Assembly (NCBI GenBank): GCA_015163855.1
Contig: JAAOIK010000035.1
Span: forward strand, 895 to 64,894
DNA length: 64,000 nt
Direction of reading: 5' to 3'
Source of the DNA: Pseudobdellovibrionaceae bacterium
Lineage (GTDB): Bacteria > Bdellovibrionota > Bdellovibrionia > Bdellovibrionales > UBA1609
Shown: in pieces, positions 1 to 8,571 of the stretch
How positions within the stretch are numbered: position 1 is the first letter of the stretch
How the letters are laid out: every line of letters starts with the position of its first letter
The notes under the pieces: generated by a model
What the model saw: only the letters and a program-made list of their open reading frames with translations
Database searches by the model: none
What the model was told of the DNA's origin: nothing
Translations under genes and position numbers: made by a program

Positions 1-2
1 TT

Positions 3-2543
3 GCCCAAGGGGATAAAATTTTTATTTCTGATCAATTTCAAAAAAACAAAACATTTAGTAATTTTTTATTAAAGAGCCAAAAAAGCACAGCAGAAGAATT
101 ATCAAAAGCAATATCAACTTTGCCAGCTAAGTACATTGTGTTAAAAGGCGAAAACTTAGAAAGTAAGTTGTACTCTTTATTAGCAGCCAGTGCGTATTTA
201 GAAAAAAACAGTGCACAAAGATACCATGTTGTAAGTCTTCCTTCTTCGTTAATAACTAACGGTATGGATATTGCTAAAATAGAGGCCGTGATTTTTTCTT
301 TAGAAAGTTATTTAAAAGAAAAAATGGTAGTGCATCTTGATACCTTAGGGGGCATTGAAGCAGGAAAGCCACTTCCTCCATCGTTATTATTTTTAGATGC
401 TCTTGAAAAAACACAAAAAGATTTTAGAGTTCCTTTTGTTTTAAATTTTACACAAAACGAAGTAAATGTTTTTTCACAGACAACATTATATAAAGTTGCA
501 AAAGACAAGATAAAAGAAATAGAGACAAAATCACTAAGTGTCGAACAATTAAATGATTTAGCTAAGGTGCTTTTGCCAGAAATACAAAAAAAATACTCGA
601 CTGTAATTAGCGAAAGAGTTATTACCAGCTTATTAAAAGTTGCGCCAATACTGTTTCCTGGCGAAAATATAGTATCGTCGCTTAACCAATTGGTAAAAGA
701 AGTGGTAGAGTCGTTTACCTCTAACAAAGAAATAGAATTAGAGCAGGTAAAAGAACTTGTAGAAAAAAAATATGGTAAAACCAATTTATTTAAAACGGGT
801 TTAGCAGGAGTAGATTTATCTAACAAACAAGAAGTGCTAAAAGTGGTTTTGCAAGTGCAAGATAAAGTTACCAAAGAGTTAATTGGTCAAAACGATGCGG
901 TTACTAAAGTGTCGCAAGCCATAGAAGCGCATTATATGAAAAAAGAAAGAAAAACCCCTTTATCTATTTTTGCAGTGGGTTTAACAGGGGTTGGTAAAAC
1001 CGAATTGGGAAATTTAATTTCTAAACACTTATATGGTTCAAATAGCCTTGCTAACTTTTCTTTAGGTAACTTTTCTCATGTGGGAGATTTAAATAACTTA
1101 TTTGGTTCGGCTAAAGGTTATATTGGTTCTGATGAGATTAGTGAGTTTGAAAAGTTTTTATCAAAAAATCCATCTGGAGGAGTAATTATTTTTGACGAAG
1201 CCTCTAACATGGGTGGAGACAAGCAAGAATCCAAAAACGCTATGTTTAAACGGTTTTATGAGCTTTTAGAAGAAGGTAAGTGGACAGCCTCAAAAAGTGG
1301 AGTCACCTACAACCTAGGTAATTATGTTTTTCTATTTACAGGAAATGATGGCGAAAAAATATTTAAAGGGGTTAATAACGAATCTTACAAAGAACTGCTA
1401 TGGAAGGAAAACAACTCTAGAGAGAAAATTTTTAAAATGTTAACCGAAGTAGGTGTTCCAGAAGCTTTTTTAGGTCGATTAAATGAAGTATTTTTATTTA
1501 AGCCAGTAACTAAAGAAACCGCTATTCAAATTGCTAAAAAATTTATTAAAGATTTTGAAAAAAACTACGAAATTTCTATTAAGTACATTGATAAGGAAAA
1601 GTTTTTTAATAATTTAGTACAAGCTACCTTTTTTGCTTCAGAGGGGGCAAGAAGTGTAAGAAACTTTATCGAAAACCGATTGGGTTCGTACATTGTACGC
1701 GCATCAGAAGAGGCTTTAAGAAGCGGCGAAGCCTTAAAAAGCATAAAGTTAGCTTGGCAAGATAATTTAAACGCTAGAGTTTACGCGGCAAGATCTTTTA
1801 AAAGACAATCGTTTTTAAAGATAAGTATTAGTACAGACAAACACCCTAAATATAGTGCTTTTAAGTCTATAGATGTATCTTCCGATATCATACAAGTAGA
1901 CTTACCAACACGGGCACAGGTTAAAGAAACCGCTTATCACGAAGCGGGGCATGGCTTTTTGTCTTTTGCTAAGCAAACGGGTCAAAAGTTACAATTTATT
2001 TCTGTAATTCCAGGAAGAACATCTGCGGGAATAAATTATTTAGGTGTTGCAGCTTATGATAAAGATATTTTTACAAGTCTTACTTATAAAAACTTAATTA
2101 AAAGAGTGGCTGGATTATTAGCAGGAGGAATGGCTGAAAAAATGGCAGGTTACAATTTATCTTCTGGTTGGAGTAATGACCTTTTACAGGTTAGAACTAT
2201 AATTCAACATGCTTTTTTAAAGGGGACAGTTCTTGAAGGAAAAGGTTTTGAATTTATTAGAATTCAAGGAAAAGAAAATAATGTTAAACTAAGCAAAGAG
2301 CAAGAGAAGCGTTTTCAAGAAGAAGTAGAAAAAGTGATTATTTTAGCTAAAAAAGAAGTGGTTAAAACTTTAACCAAAAAATGGAGCAATGTAGAAAAAG
2401 TAGTAGACCTTTTAATGAAAAAAGGAACTATTAACGCTAAAGAGTTTAGCACTATTGAAAATGATAAAAGCATTAGAGAGGCTTGGGAAGTAGACAGCAA
2501 TTTAAAAGTTTATCAAGCAGCTAGTTGTAAAAGCTTATTTTAG
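3..2543 (+). CDS. AAA+ ATPase (ClpA/ClpB D2-like) fused to an FtsH-type M41 zinc peptidase domain; probably 5'-truncated by the window edge
   Basis: The frame is open from nt 3 with no in-frame stop before the tracked TTG at 120, so the true start probably lies upstream of the window. The middle region looks like Clp/Hsp100 D2: LIGQNDAV, Walker A GLTGVGKTE (978-1001), GYIGSDE, Walker B VIIFDEASNM. The C-terminal region looks like M41: AYHEAGHGF (HEAGH at 1938-1952), GGMAEKM, SGWSNDL. No TM helix seen. Ends in AASCKSLF. Confidence 0.6.
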   Translation, partial: AQGDKIFISDQFQKNKTFSNFLLKSQKSTAEELSKAISTLPAKYIVLKGENLESKLYSLLAASAYLEKNSAQRYHVVSLPSSLITNGMDIAKIEAVIFSLESYLKEKMVVHLDTLGGIEAGKPLPPSLLFLDALEKTQKDFRVPFVLNFTQNEVNVFSQTTLYKVAKDKIKEIETKSLSVEQLNDLAKVLLPEIQKKYSTVISERVITSLLKVAPILFPGENIVSSLNQLVKEVVESFTSNKEIELEQVKELVEKKYGKTNLFKTGLAGVDLSNKQEVLKVVLQVQDKVTKELIGQNDAVTKVSQAIEAHYMKKERKTPLSIFAVGLTGVGKTELGNLISKHLYGSNSLANFSLGNFSHVGDLNNLFGSAKGYIGSDEISEFEKFLSKNPSGGVIIFDEASNMGGDKQESKNAMFKRFYELLEEGKWTASKSGVTYNLGNYVFLFTGNDGEKIFKGVNNESYKELLWKENNSREKIFKMLTEVGVPEAFLGRLNEVFLFKPVTKETAIQIAKKFIKDFEKNYEISIKYIDKEKFFNNLVQATFFASEGARSVRNFIENRLGSYIVRASEEALRSGEALKSIKLAWQDNLNARVYAARSFKRQSFLKISISTDKHPKYSAFKSIDVSSDIIQVDLPTRAQVKETAYHEAGHGFLSFAKQTGQKLQFISVIPGRTSAGINYLGVAAYDKDIFTSLTYKNLIKRVAGLLAGGMAEKMAGYNLSSGWSNDLLQVRTIIQHAFLKGTVLEGKGFEFIRIQGKENNVKLSKEQEKRFQEEVEKVIILAKKEVVKTLTKKWSNVEKVVDLLMKKGTINAKEFSTIENDKSIREAWEVDSNLKVYQAASCKSLF

Positions 2544-2558
2544 GCGGAGAGCATTTTA

Positions 2559-5500
2559 ATGAAGCATTTGTTAAAACAAAGTACTTATTTTATTTTAATT
2601 GTACAGCTACTACTTTCACCAGTAGTAGCTGTAGCAGAATCTGACAGTGTTAGTCGCTTTTATGATAGCAAAACAGACAGCCACCTGCAAAATCAAGACG
2701 CTGTTAATAAGTCAAAACCCCTAACAGAAACAGGAGACTTATTTTTACCAGAATTAAAAGAAACCGACATACGCTTGTTAACCACTTTAGCTTCGGGAGA
2801 TTTTTTAGGTTTAAAAAATCAAACTTTTAAAACTACAGAAGAAAGTTTTTTTAGATCCGACCCCGAATTTGGAAAAAACTTACTGGTAATGCCTCCCTCC
2901 CAAGAACAATTTTTAAAAAACACAAAAATTTACATTCAAGATGGTGTTGTTCATATTAAAGAGCAATTAGACAGTAAAAAACAAGCTTTTGGAAGAGAGC
3001 ATTCTTTTTTTGGGTGGCACTTTAAAGGCGTTCATGTAGCAGGAGATTATTTATTTTTAGAAGTAGACAAAACACAGTCTAAAAACTTACCAGGAGAATT
3101 ATTTAATAATTTTGAATTAAATAAAAACAGCAACAATAGTGTTTTTTTAATTAGGTTAACCGACTTACTAGAACATATGGGTACAAAACGAATTATTATG
3201 TCGGTAATGCCTTTGCCCATGCCTTTGCAAAAAATTACAAATGTAAAGTATCAGGCTTACGACCCTGTGTCTGATAAAAATGCTCCCTATCAAGACAAAG
3301 CTTTAACGGGCTTGTTATCTAGAGATTTTAAAACTTCGGGTTATAAATTTACCGATGCCACAGGAGGGTCGGTAGTAGTGCCAAGCCATGTTCCCGACAT
3401 TTACAGTGATATGTCGCGGTTATTTGTAAAGGCTTTATCTGCAAGTATTGCCCCTTTGCAGCCGTTAAACTCGGAAGGCTTAACTCCTGTTCAAAAAAAT
3501 TACCTTAAAGCTTTAACTAGCTTTGCAAAAAAGCAAAACACTAAACACAATCAAGTTTTTGACACTATCCTTACAGGAATATTAAAAAAACTAAACCCTT
3601 CGCATTTAACAGAGGTTCCCTTTTCTAGTGTTCTTGATTTTGTTCGAGCCAGTTATGCAGACACTATAACCACTCCTAAAAAGGGGTCTTGGGTGGGGCA
3701 AGCGTATTCGCAATTAAAAATTAATCCAAAAGATTTAACTCAAGCCCAAGTTGATTTTGAACAACAGGCTAAAGAGCAAGTAAAAGATTACTTACAAGCA
3801 CAAAAAAACACGGGCGGCAAAGAGTTAAAACAAGCAGGGCGAATGATGCGAACATTAAAAAACCCTCACCCCAACAGTCGTGATATTACATTGGCTTTAC
3901 AGGCAAAAGAGCAAATAAAAAAAGCCAGATACTTTTCTAAAGAAAAATTAACACAATTTATGAAGGGCCCTTTGGGAAATGTTGTAGGGGTTATGGGCAT
4001 AACGGCTTTAACTTTGTCATTATACCATTACACAGGTTTTGGAGGTTGGGCCGACGGTGTAGGAGAAGGTTTTAAGGCACAGTTTAGCTCTGGTACCGAG
4101 GCAATAAAAGCTTTAAAAGTTAATGCAGTGGTGGTGATTGGTTACTTGGGTGGCTTAGGAGCTTTGTTATATTTAGGAACAAAATTAAAAAACAAATTAC
4201 ACAAAACTAAGCAGTCTTTAGTAGTTAGTTTGGCAAATATTGCTAAATATAAATCGTTATTTTTTAGGCATTTGTTTTCGGTTAGAGGAATGGTAAATGC
4301 TATTTTTCCTAATTACTCGCAAAGTGTTTACCGCTATGTAGTCCCTCAAAAAAAATTAGGGGCTTATGATGTGCGGTTTTCTAAATCTTTAAAGCAAGTG
4401 GGAAAGTTTTTAAATTTTAAAAGCTTTTTTGTTAAATTATTAAGGTTTAATAATGTAAAGGATAGCGGCGAGTCGGTTGTTTTTAAAACGCTTTCTAAGC
4501 AAGATAAAGATAGTAGCAAAAAAATAGCTCTTAACAAAGAGGCCTTGGTTAACAAACGCTCCGAGGAGTTAATTTTATTTGAAATGCTACCTCACTTAGC
4601 CAAAACATTAAAAGTTAGCGAATTAGATTTATTAAGTGCCATGGCCCTTAAAAATGTATCTTTGGGTTCTTCCGAATTTTTAGATTGGGATTTTAAAACC
4701 TTATCTAATTGGGCTAAAAATAGTGAAGATCAAAAAATTAAAAAGGCGTTAATTCAATTTAAAAGTAAAAAGCACAAAATAGAAACTCAGTACAGTGGTT
4801 TACTTTCTAAATATTTTTTATATAAAAATGAAAAGCGAATAATGAAAAAAATTAAAAAGACAAAAGATTTTCAAGGCCAAAGGGCTTTTTTAAAATCTTT
4901 ATACTACTTGTCTCTTAAAGACTTAAGGCTTCAGGGGTTTGAAGACCCAAAACGCTTAACTATAGAGCAGGCAAAAAGTATTTTTTCTGATAATTTAGAA
5001 AAGCTAAAAGCCTTTGTAAGCCAAGAAAGCAATTTTGATAAAGTGGCTATGGAGCAAAACATTATAAAAGCCACGCGCAGCTTTCAATCGGTTTACCAAT
5101 TGTTGCATAAAGAAAAAACCAGTGGATTAAAGCAAAGGCAGTTTGTTGCAATGGCTAAAATAAACACCGATCATGTTACCCATACATTAAGGGCTACTTC
5201 TTTAGATTATGGTATGGAAAGGGTTCAATCTTATGCAGAATTTTTTAAAACTTTACAAGCTAGGGGCATTAGTTTTTATGACCCCACTAGCTGGTTTACC
5301 GAAAACCACACCATGGGGCTTTATAATCAAGATGCTCGTCATGCTTTGTGGAACCCTGTTGCTCATATTATTTCAGGGCCTTTAGGTACGGCAAATATTA
5401 TTAGTCGATCGGGCCCCGATGCAGTGGATTATGGTGTAGAAAACACCTCTTTTTTTTACCGAAATATAAGACAGTTTGTAAACCCGCAAAGGTACAGACA

Positions 5501-6188
5501 AATGGGGATTTTTAATAAATCGATGTGGTACGAGTATAAAAGAAATTTTTTAAGAGGACTAATCCCTGCATTTAGTTTTTCTGTGGTTTTACAAATGACT
5601 TTTTACCACGAATTTCGCCCCGATATTTTTGTGGGCTATATGTTTTTGTATGGACCCATTGGTTTTGTTTGGCATTATATTCAAAGTAAGTTGTTAATGA
5701 CTACGCAAGCCATTAAGTACGAAAGCATAAAGCCAAAATTATTAAAAAATTTAGAACAAGAACAAAAAATGGCAAATACCGTTACAAAAAAGTGGGCTTT
5801 GGCCATGAAAAAGTATGCCATAAAAGTAAACCCACAATGGTTTTATATTGTGCCTGATTTAATTTTATTTAATGCCTTAACTTTTTTTATGGAGCGATGG
5901 AGTTACGATAAAGGGCCTGTGCAAATGTTAAGTTCGTGGTTGGGAAAAACATTTAATCAGCCCAATTGGGAATTTAGCTTGTACGAATTACAATCTAAGT
6001 TTGTTACCCCTTACTTACCTAAGTGGGCAATGGGTATTGCAGCTAGTTACTTAGCTTACCAGCTATATATAAAGTTAAGAGATAAAAAAGCAGGAAAAAA
6101 CTTAGTAAATAAGATAGTAAAAACCAGCAAAAAAAGCATAAAAGTAAACTCCGTTTTTGCAGGTAGTTGTAAATCGTTATTTCGTTAA
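2559..6188 (+). CDS. Large (1209 aa) signal-peptide-bearing polytopic membrane protein of unknown function
   Basis: N-terminal signal-like segment ILIVQLLLSPVVAVAESD. Hydrophobic helices around residues 470-545 and in the last ~250 aa. Lies 15 nt after the upstream stop, with GGAGAG ahead of the ATG. Ends in AGSCKSLFR. I recognise no family motif. Confidence 0.55.
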   Translation: MKHLLKQSTYFILIVQLLLSPVVAVAESDSVSRFYDSKTDSHLQNQDAVNKSKPLTETGDLFLPELKETDIRLLTTLASGDFLGLKNQTFKTTEESFFRSDPEFGKNLLVMPPSQEQFLKNTKIYIQDGVVHIKEQLDSKKQAFGREHSFFGWHFKGVHVAGDYLFLEVDKTQSKNLPGELFNNFELNKNSNNSVFLIRLTDLLEHMGTKRIIMSVMPLPMPLQKITNVKYQAYDPVSDKNAPYQDKALTGLLSRDFKTSGYKFTDATGGSVVVPSHVPDIYSDMSRLFVKALSASIAPLQPLNSEGLTPVQKNYLKALTSFAKKQNTKHNQVFDTILTGILKKLNPSHLTEVPFSSVLDFVRASYADTITTPKKGSWVGQAYSQLKINPKDLTQAQVDFEQQAKEQVKDYLQAQKNTGGKELKQAGRMMRTLKNPHPNSRDITLALQAKEQIKKARYFSKEKLTQFMKGPLGNVVGVMGITALTLSLYHYTGFGGWADGVGEGFKAQFSSGTEAIKALKVNAVVVIGYLGGLGALLYLGTKLKNKLHKTKQSLVVSLANIAKYKSLFFRHLFSVRGMVNAIFPNYSQSVYRYVVPQKKLGAYDVRFSKSLKQVGKFLNFKSFFVKLLRFNNVKDSGESVVFKTLSKQDKDSSKKIALNKEALVNKRSEELILFEMLPHLAKTLKVSELDLLSAMALKNVSLGSSEFLDWDFKTLSNWAKNSEDQKIKKALIQFKSKKHKIETQYSGLLSKYFLYKNEKRIMKKIKKTKDFQGQRAFLKSLYYLSLKDLRLQGFEDPKRLTIEQAKSIFSDNLEKLKAFVSQESNFDKVAMEQNIIKATRSFQSVYQLLHKEKTSGLKQRQFVAMAKINTDHVTHTLRATSLDYGMERVQSYAEFFKTLQARGISFYDPTSWFTENHTMGLYNQDARHALWNPVAHIISGPLGTANIISRSGPDAVDYGVENTSFFYRNIRQFVNPQRYRQMGIFNKSMWYEYKRNFLRGLIPAFSFSVVLQMTFYHEFRPDIFVGYMFLYGPIGFVWHYIQSKLLMTTQAIKYESIKPKLLKNLEQEQKMANTVTKKWALAMKKYAIKVNPQWFYIVPDLILFNALTFFMERWSYDKGPVQMLSSWLGKTFNQPNWEFSLYELQSKFVTPYLPKWAMGIAASYLAYQLYIKLRDKKAGKNLVNKIVKTSKKSIKVNSVFAGSCKSLFR

Positions 6189-6296
6189 TCAAGCCTTGTG
6201 GATAATAAAACTTTTCGGCTATAAAACTTTGCAAGCAATCAAGCCTTGCAGGATAATAAAACCTGCAAGCAATCAAGCCTTGCGGATAATAAAACC
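6187..6296. repeat. Three direct copies of a ~26-bp element, AATCAAGCCTTG(n)GGATAATAAAAC(C)
   Basis: Copies start at 6187, 6237 and 6271. Copy 1 contains TGTGGATAA, the reverse complement of the DnaA-box consensus TTATCCACA. Copy 3 has TGCGGATAA (1 mismatch). TGCAAG..CTTGCA short stems lie between copies. The array sits between the stop at 6188 and a TATAAT at 6309-6314, upstream of the 6334 gene. Confidence 0.7.
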
Positions 6297-6333
6297 TCTA
6301 GACTTAGCTATAATATACTAATACTCTTAACCT

Positions 6334-7371
6334 ATGAGTAACTTTATTAAAAGTATTTCTGAAGATGTGGTTTTTTTTTCTTACAGAGATTTAAAGCTGT
6401 TGCCTTCGGCAAAGTCACTTTATGTTTGGGATTTAGATAAAACTTACCTAGACACTCGTTTTGAAAACATAAGGTCATTACTAAAAACGGCTTTCGAAAA
6501 CTCGAAAGATAAGGCCAATGTTCCGGGAACAAAAACCTTACTACAATCTTTAGATACAAAAGATGACGATAGTACTGCGATTTTTTTTATTACTGCATCT
6601 CCTCCACAAATGGAAGAAAAAATTTTTAGAAAGTTGCGCTTAGATGGTATTCGCCCTTGGGGAATATTTTTTAAAAACAATTTAAAAAATATTTTTCCAC
6701 CTAGCCGATGGCGGCGATTAACCCAGCATGTGGGGTATAAATTACAGGCTTTATTGCATTTGCATTTATTAGGCGATTCGAAAATATTATCCCAATTTTT
6801 ATGGGGCGATGATAGCGAAATGGATGCGGTAATTTACAGTTTGTATTCAGACATTTGCTCGCACCGGTTAAAGGGCGAAATGTTAGAAGCCGTGTTAAAG
6901 CACTTTCATATTTCGGCGCAATGTAAAGCTATTATGGATTTGCAAGAAAAAATTATTGCCGCCGATCCAGTTAAGCGCATTTACATTAATTTAGAAGAAG
7001 GCACAGATGTAGAATATTATCAAAAATTTGGCTCGCGGGTTTTACCCACTTACACCAGCTTTCAAAGTGCCATTGATTGTTTTAAAAAAGACAAAATTAC
7101 TTTGCGCGACTTAGTTAAAGTGGGCCAAGACCTTCGCGACAATTATTTATTTTCTAAAGAGGCTGCCGAAAAAAGCCTTTTAGATTTAGCCACCAGACAA
7201 GTGCTAGACCAAAACACTTACAAAGCCGTAGTGCCTAGTTTTAAAAAAGCAGAGCTTATTAGCGAATTGTTTGAAATAGAATATTCTGCAGACCCTGTAT
7301 TTGTAGAAGAAAACCAAAGGGAAGAAGATAAAGAGGTTTTTGAAATTGATTATTTTAATGACTATCGTTAA
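6334..7371 (+). CDS. HAD-superfamily-like hydrolase (App1/DUF2183-like layout)
   Basis: DxDxT motif in YVWDLDKTYLDT. FFITASPPQM (motif II-like) and LWGDDSEMDAVIY (motif IV-like acidic pair). Confidence 0.5.
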   Translation: MSNFIKSISEDVVFFSYRDLKLLPSAKSLYVWDLDKTYLDTRFENIRSLLKTAFENSKDKANVPGTKTLLQSLDTKDDDSTAIFFITASPPQMEEKIFRKLRLDGIRPWGIFFKNNLKNIFPPSRWRRLTQHVGYKLQALLHLHLLGDSKILSQFLWGDDSEMDAVIYSLYSDICSHRLKGEMLEAVLKHFHISAQCKAIMDLQEKIIAADPVKRIYINLEEGTDVEYYQKFGSRVLPTYTSFQSAIDCFKKDKITLRDLVKVGQDLRDNYLFSKEAAEKSLLDLATRQVLDQNTYKAVVPSFKKAELISELFEIEYSADPVFVEENQREEDKEVFEIDYFNDYR

Positions 7372-7378
7372 GTAAGCA

Positions 7379-7407
7379 TAGTCAAAAAACTTCTCTTAAG
7401 TTATAAT
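7379..7407 (+). promoter_or_regulatory. Possible sigma70-type promoter for the mraY block
   Basis: TAGTCA (7379-7384), 17-nt spacer, TATAAT (7402-7407), 22 nt upstream of the mraY ATG. Sequence match only. Confidence 0.3.
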
Positions 7408-7428
7408 TTTTAAAAAGGATGTAAAAAT

Positions 7429-8502
7429 ATGTTTAAGTTTTTGTCTGCATTTGTACCGGATTGGCCTTTTTTAAATGTTTTTCACTATATTACGGTGCGC
7501 AGTTTTTTATCGTTTTTTACTACTTTTTTTATAGTGCTTTATTTGGGGCCGGTGGTTATTAAACTTTTAAGACAATTTAAAATGAAGCAAAGTATCCGAA
7601 CCGACGGGCCCGAAACGCATTTAAAAAAAGAGGGCACTCCCACTATGGGAGGGTGGATAATTATATTAGGAACAGCCATTTCGTCTTTTTTTTGGTTAGA
7701 TTTTTCTAACCCCTTGGTGCAATTTTTATTATTTATTTTAGCCAGCTTTGCCTGCGTGGGAGGGGCCGATGATTACTTAAAGGTTCGCTCTAGTAGTGCT
7801 AAAGGTTTATCTGGTAAATTGCGATTATGCTTAGAGTTTTTACTATCTGCGGGCTTTTTGCTGTATTTAATTACACAGGGTTATGTAAGCACAGAAGTGT
7901 ATTTTCCGTTTTTTAAAAATGCCGTAGTCGACCTATCTTGGTTTTATGCTTTGTTTGGTGGCTTGGTTATTGTGTCTTCTGCCAATGCGGTAAATTTAAC
8001 CGACGGTTTAGATGGGTTGGCCATTGTGCCTTTAATTATTGCCATTAGCACTTTAATGATTTTTAGTTATGTGGCAGGGCATAGTGTTATAGCCGAATAT
8101 TTAAATATTCCCTTTATTGCTAAATCCAGCGAATTAAGTGTTTTAGGTTCTAGCGTGATTGCCGCCAGTTTGGGTTTTTTATGGTTTAATGCTTATCCGG
8201 CTCAAGTATTTATGGGAGATGTAGGTAGTTTAAGCTTAGGTGGCTTTTTAGGAGCCTTAGCCGTAGTTACCAAAAATGAGTTAATTTTAATTGTGATTGC
8301 AGGAGTTTTTGTAGTCGAAGCCTTGTCGGTAATGATACAGGTGTTTTTTTATAAATTAAAAGGCAAGCGAGTCTTTAAAATGGCCCCCTTACATCATCAC
8401 TTTGAGCTAAGCGGTATTGCAGAAAATAAAGTCATTATTCGCTTTTGGATTGTTTCTATTTTATTAGCGGTATTAAGTTTACTGAGTTTAAAGTTGCGTT
8501 AA
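7429..8502 (+). CDS. mraY: Phospho-N-acetylmuramoyl-pentapeptide transferase
   Basis: KEGTPTMGG, NAVNLTDGLDGLA, FMGDVGSLSLGG, MAPLHHHFE. About 10 TM segments. dcw synteny. Confidence 0.95.
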   Translation: MFKFLSAFVPDWPFLNVFHYITVRSFLSFFTTFFIVLYLGPVVIKLLRQFKMKQSIRTDGPETHLKKEGTPTMGGWIIILGTAISSFFWLDFSNPLVQFLLFILASFACVGGADDYLKVRSSSAKGLSGKLRLCLEFLLSAGFLLYLITQGYVSTEVYFPFFKNAVVDLSWFYALFGGLVIVSSANAVNLTDGLDGLAIVPLIIAISTLMIFSYVAGHSVIAEYLNIPFIAKSSELSVLGSSVIAASLGFLWFNAYPAQVFMGDVGSLSLGGFLGALAVVTKNELILIVIAGVFVVEALSVMIQVFFYKLKGKRVFKMAPLHHHFELSGIAENKVIIRFWIVSILLAVLSLLSLKLR

Positions 8503-8571
8503 TACTATTGTTTGTTTATAACTTTTTAATGAAGCTGTGAATTGTTTTGAGAGGTTTTAAGGAGTAGCACT

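Noticed and set aside
308-874. Antisense and overlapping ORFs in the track that lie inside longer, well-supported genes. Examples: 308-874(-), 2315-2500(-), 4364-4555(-), 11417-11734(-), 14326-14655(-), 15079-15420(-), 20394-20723(+), 23108-23512(-), 42267-42653(+), 51030-51440(-), 53175-53564(-), 57492-57776(-), 62893-63219(-).
   Set aside because: Each is fully embedded opposite or out of frame with a gene that has clear family motifs. They have low-complexity, AT-codon-driven sequence and no SD or motif. They are typical shadow ORFs of AT-rich DNA.
2520-6188. Reading the C-terminal CKSLF(R) as a CaaX prenylation box.
   Set aside because: CaaX requires the Cys exactly four residues from the C-terminus. 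Here it is at position -5 in one protein and -6 in the other.
6187-6296. Reading the DnaA-box-like repeat array as a replication origin.
   Set aside because: There is only one perfect and one near-perfect box, with no adjacent dnaA/dnaN/gidA and no obvious AT-rich unwinding 13-mers beyond the background AT-richness. Single perfect boxes also occur inside rpsJ (about 45776) and upstream of the TadG-like gene (about 22025). I kept it only as a possible regulatory or titration site.
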